In this document: positions 62,356 through 64,000 of the stretch, piece after piece
Layout of the letters: each line of letters begins with the position of its first letter
How positions within the stretch are numbered: the stretch's first letter is position 1
DNA from: Candidatus Micrarchaeota archaeon
GTDB lineage: Archaea; Micrarchaeota; Micrarchaeia; Micrarchaeales; CABMGC01
NCBI GenBank assembly: GCA_021809925.1
Contig: JAJZJV010000001.1
Coordinates: 14,138-78,137, forward strand
Direction: 5' to 3'
Length of the DNA stretch: 64,000 nt
The notes under the pieces: model-generated
The model's input: only the letters and a program-made list of their open reading frames with translations
Told to the model about the DNA's origin: nothing
Database searches by the model: none
Program-made: the position numbers and the translations under genes

Positions 62356-63552
62356 ATGGTAAGCATAGATGACATAGAAGCAGACATAATCTCACTCATA
62401 AATGACAAACAGCAGGTAACATCTGATGAACTTTCTGCATTTGCGGCATCGATAGGGATGAACGATGAGATGCTCAAGAGAGGGCTTGCAGAGTTGGAGA
62501 GCGCAAACATAATTGCTTCGAGAAGCAGTGGAGGGATCCTTACATATTATCTACTAAACGATGAACCATCCCTGCGCAGGATAATGATAGTGGAAGATGA
62601 TAAGAACATAAACAAGCTCATGGCCCTTTCTGTCGGAAAAGGATTTGACATAGTGCAGATGTATGACGGTGGAGAGGCCCTCCAAAAGATACGGAACGAA
62701 AAGCCGGACCTTGTTATATTAGACCTCATGCTTCCAGGAGCCGATGGCTTGGAGATATGCCAGAGGATAAAGAAGGATCCCGGTCTTAGTGATACTGTTG
62801 TAATAATAATCAGCGCTATGGATGCAACATCAAACCGCTTTAAAGGGATAAAATATGGTGCGGATTATTATGTGAAGAAACCATTCGACCCAGGAGAGCT
62901 GAGGAGTCTCGTGACCATATTCCTTAAAAAGAAAGGCAAGAAATTTGATCCATTGATAGATCTACCAAACGAAGACAAGATCTCTGCTGCGCTGGAGAAG
63001 GCGGTGGAGAGCACTAATAGCAGCTATGAGATAAGCAGAATAAGGCTTGAAGGCCTCGCAAGCTTTGCTAGGCGCTTTGGAAACAGCTCAGCAATAACCA
63101 TACTCAGACTTGTCTCACAAATATTGCAGGATAAGGCCCGCGAGGTAGGAAACAATGTCTTTGTGGGGTTCCTAAACAGCGATGATTTTATAATAGCTGG
63201 TGACAACAAGAATGTGCTAGAGGTCAGGAACAGGATATCTTCTGAGTTTAATGCGGTTCTTCCATTTATATACCAGAGTGAAGGATACAAGCCCATAGAG
63301 AAAGGCATAGAAGATATGTATGGGGCAGAGAAGCCTCCCCTCAGCCTCGTGTATAAGCTAATAAAGAAGGACTCTCTTATCGAGAGAAGGGCTGAGATAT
63401 TAAAGAAAAAGCCACAGGAAGACCAGAACATCGGTGCATACACTTACGATGAGCTAAGGCATATGCTAGAGAGCGACGACTTAGACATAACAATAACAAG
63501 AGACCCAAACGGGGTGAGACTCTCCGTGGGCAAAGGTGGAAAGCACTCTTGA
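62356..63552 (+). CDS. Response regulator: wHTH + REC + degenerate GGDEF-like domain
   Basis: IVEDD, LDLMLPG, KPF; DPLIDLPN and VGFLNSDDFII. Confidence 0.85.
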   Translation: MVSIDDIEADIISLINDKQQVTSDELSAFAASIGMNDEMLKRGLAELESANIIASRSSGGILTYYLLNDEPSLRRIMIVEDDKNINKLMALSVGKGFDIVQMYDGGEALQKIRNEKPDLVILDLMLPGADGLEICQRIKKDPGLSDTVVIIISAMDATSNRFKGIKYGADYYVKKPFDPGELRSLVTIFLKKKGKKFDPLIDLPNEDKISAALEKAVESTNSSYEISRIRLEGLASFARRFGNSSAITILRLVSQILQDKAREVGNNVFVGFLNSDDFIIAGDNKNVLEVRNRISSEFNAVLPFIYQSEGYKPIEKGIEDMYGAEKPPLSLVYKLIKKDSLIERRAEILKKKPQEDQNIGAYTYDELRHMLESDDLDITITRDPNGVRLSVGKGGKHS

Positions 63553-63801
63553 TTATCTTCTTTTAACCTTCTTTTTGGAACCAATCTTCTTTGCCTTTGG
63601 CCTGCCATCAACAACAGCAGCACCCCTAAGCGAGAGAATATCCTCTATATGCGAATCATCTACAGGCCTATCTGTCGATGCAAGCGCAGCTTCGCTTTGT
63701 ATAGCTCCGATCTCAAGCTGTTCCTCAACTCTCAGCCCCCTTTCCAGAGCTTCTTTCTTCTTAAGGATTGCTTTCTTACCATTCACAGAGACCACAATCA
63801 C
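63553..63801 (-). CDS. Small hypothetical protein
   Basis: AGGAGG RBS and upstream TATA; Lys-rich tail. Confidence 0.55.
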   Translation of the reverse strand: MIVVSVNGKKAILKKKEALERGLRVEEQLEIGAIQSEAALASTDRPVDDSHIEDILSLRGAAVVDGRPKAKKIGSKKKVKRR

Positions 63802-63914
63802 ACCCCTCCTTAGTATCTATATAAATATAAATAACTATACTCCCTAATATTATATCTCTATATTCTTTCAGAAATTTTTGATCTGACTGCTTCAGAGATC
63901 TATGGTGTGTTCAA

Positions 63915-64000
63915 TTGATCAAATTTTATGAAAAACCCTTCTCAAAGGAAGAAAGCCTCTCAAGCCTCTCACCAGAAGTTAGATCTTGGTTTGAAGAGAC
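63915..64000 (+). CDS. N-terminus of a probable second Lhr-type helicase (3' partial)
   Basis: TTG after GGTG; IKFYEKPFSKEESLSSLSPEVRSWFEE resembles archaeal Lhr N-termini. Confidence 0.5.
   Translation, partial: MIKFYEKPFSKEESLSSLSPEVRSWFEE

Overview
Archaeal chromosomal DNA, most consistent with a DPANN Micrarchaeota lineage from an acidic habitat (inferred from gene content: split Kae1/Bud32, gyrB-gyrA, class III signal peptide-LamG surface protein, proteasome/exosome cluster, dnaK locus, rusticyanin-like protein). About 52 kb is housekeeping. An accessory island of about 11 kb (5.85-16.6 kb) lies off the 3' end of a tRNA-Lys(CTT) gene. It holds a decayed DDE IS, a four-gene Cys-rich/blue-copper surface cassette, an intact IS110-family (IS1111-type) element, IS630 and IS200 relics, an amidohydrolase plus Rossmann-type synthase-like cassette, and a probable casposon remnant. 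In the IS1111-type element, the bridge-RNA target and donor loops can be read and matched to both insertion junctions. Outside the island the notable items are an intact TnpB element inserted between a host promoter and its RBS, a box C/D sRNA predicted to guide Cm34 of tRNA-Leu(CAA), a stand-alone half-TBP, and a wHTH-REC-degenerate-GGDEF regulator near a GAF/PAS histidine kinase. All family calls are by-eye motif recognition; no searches were run.
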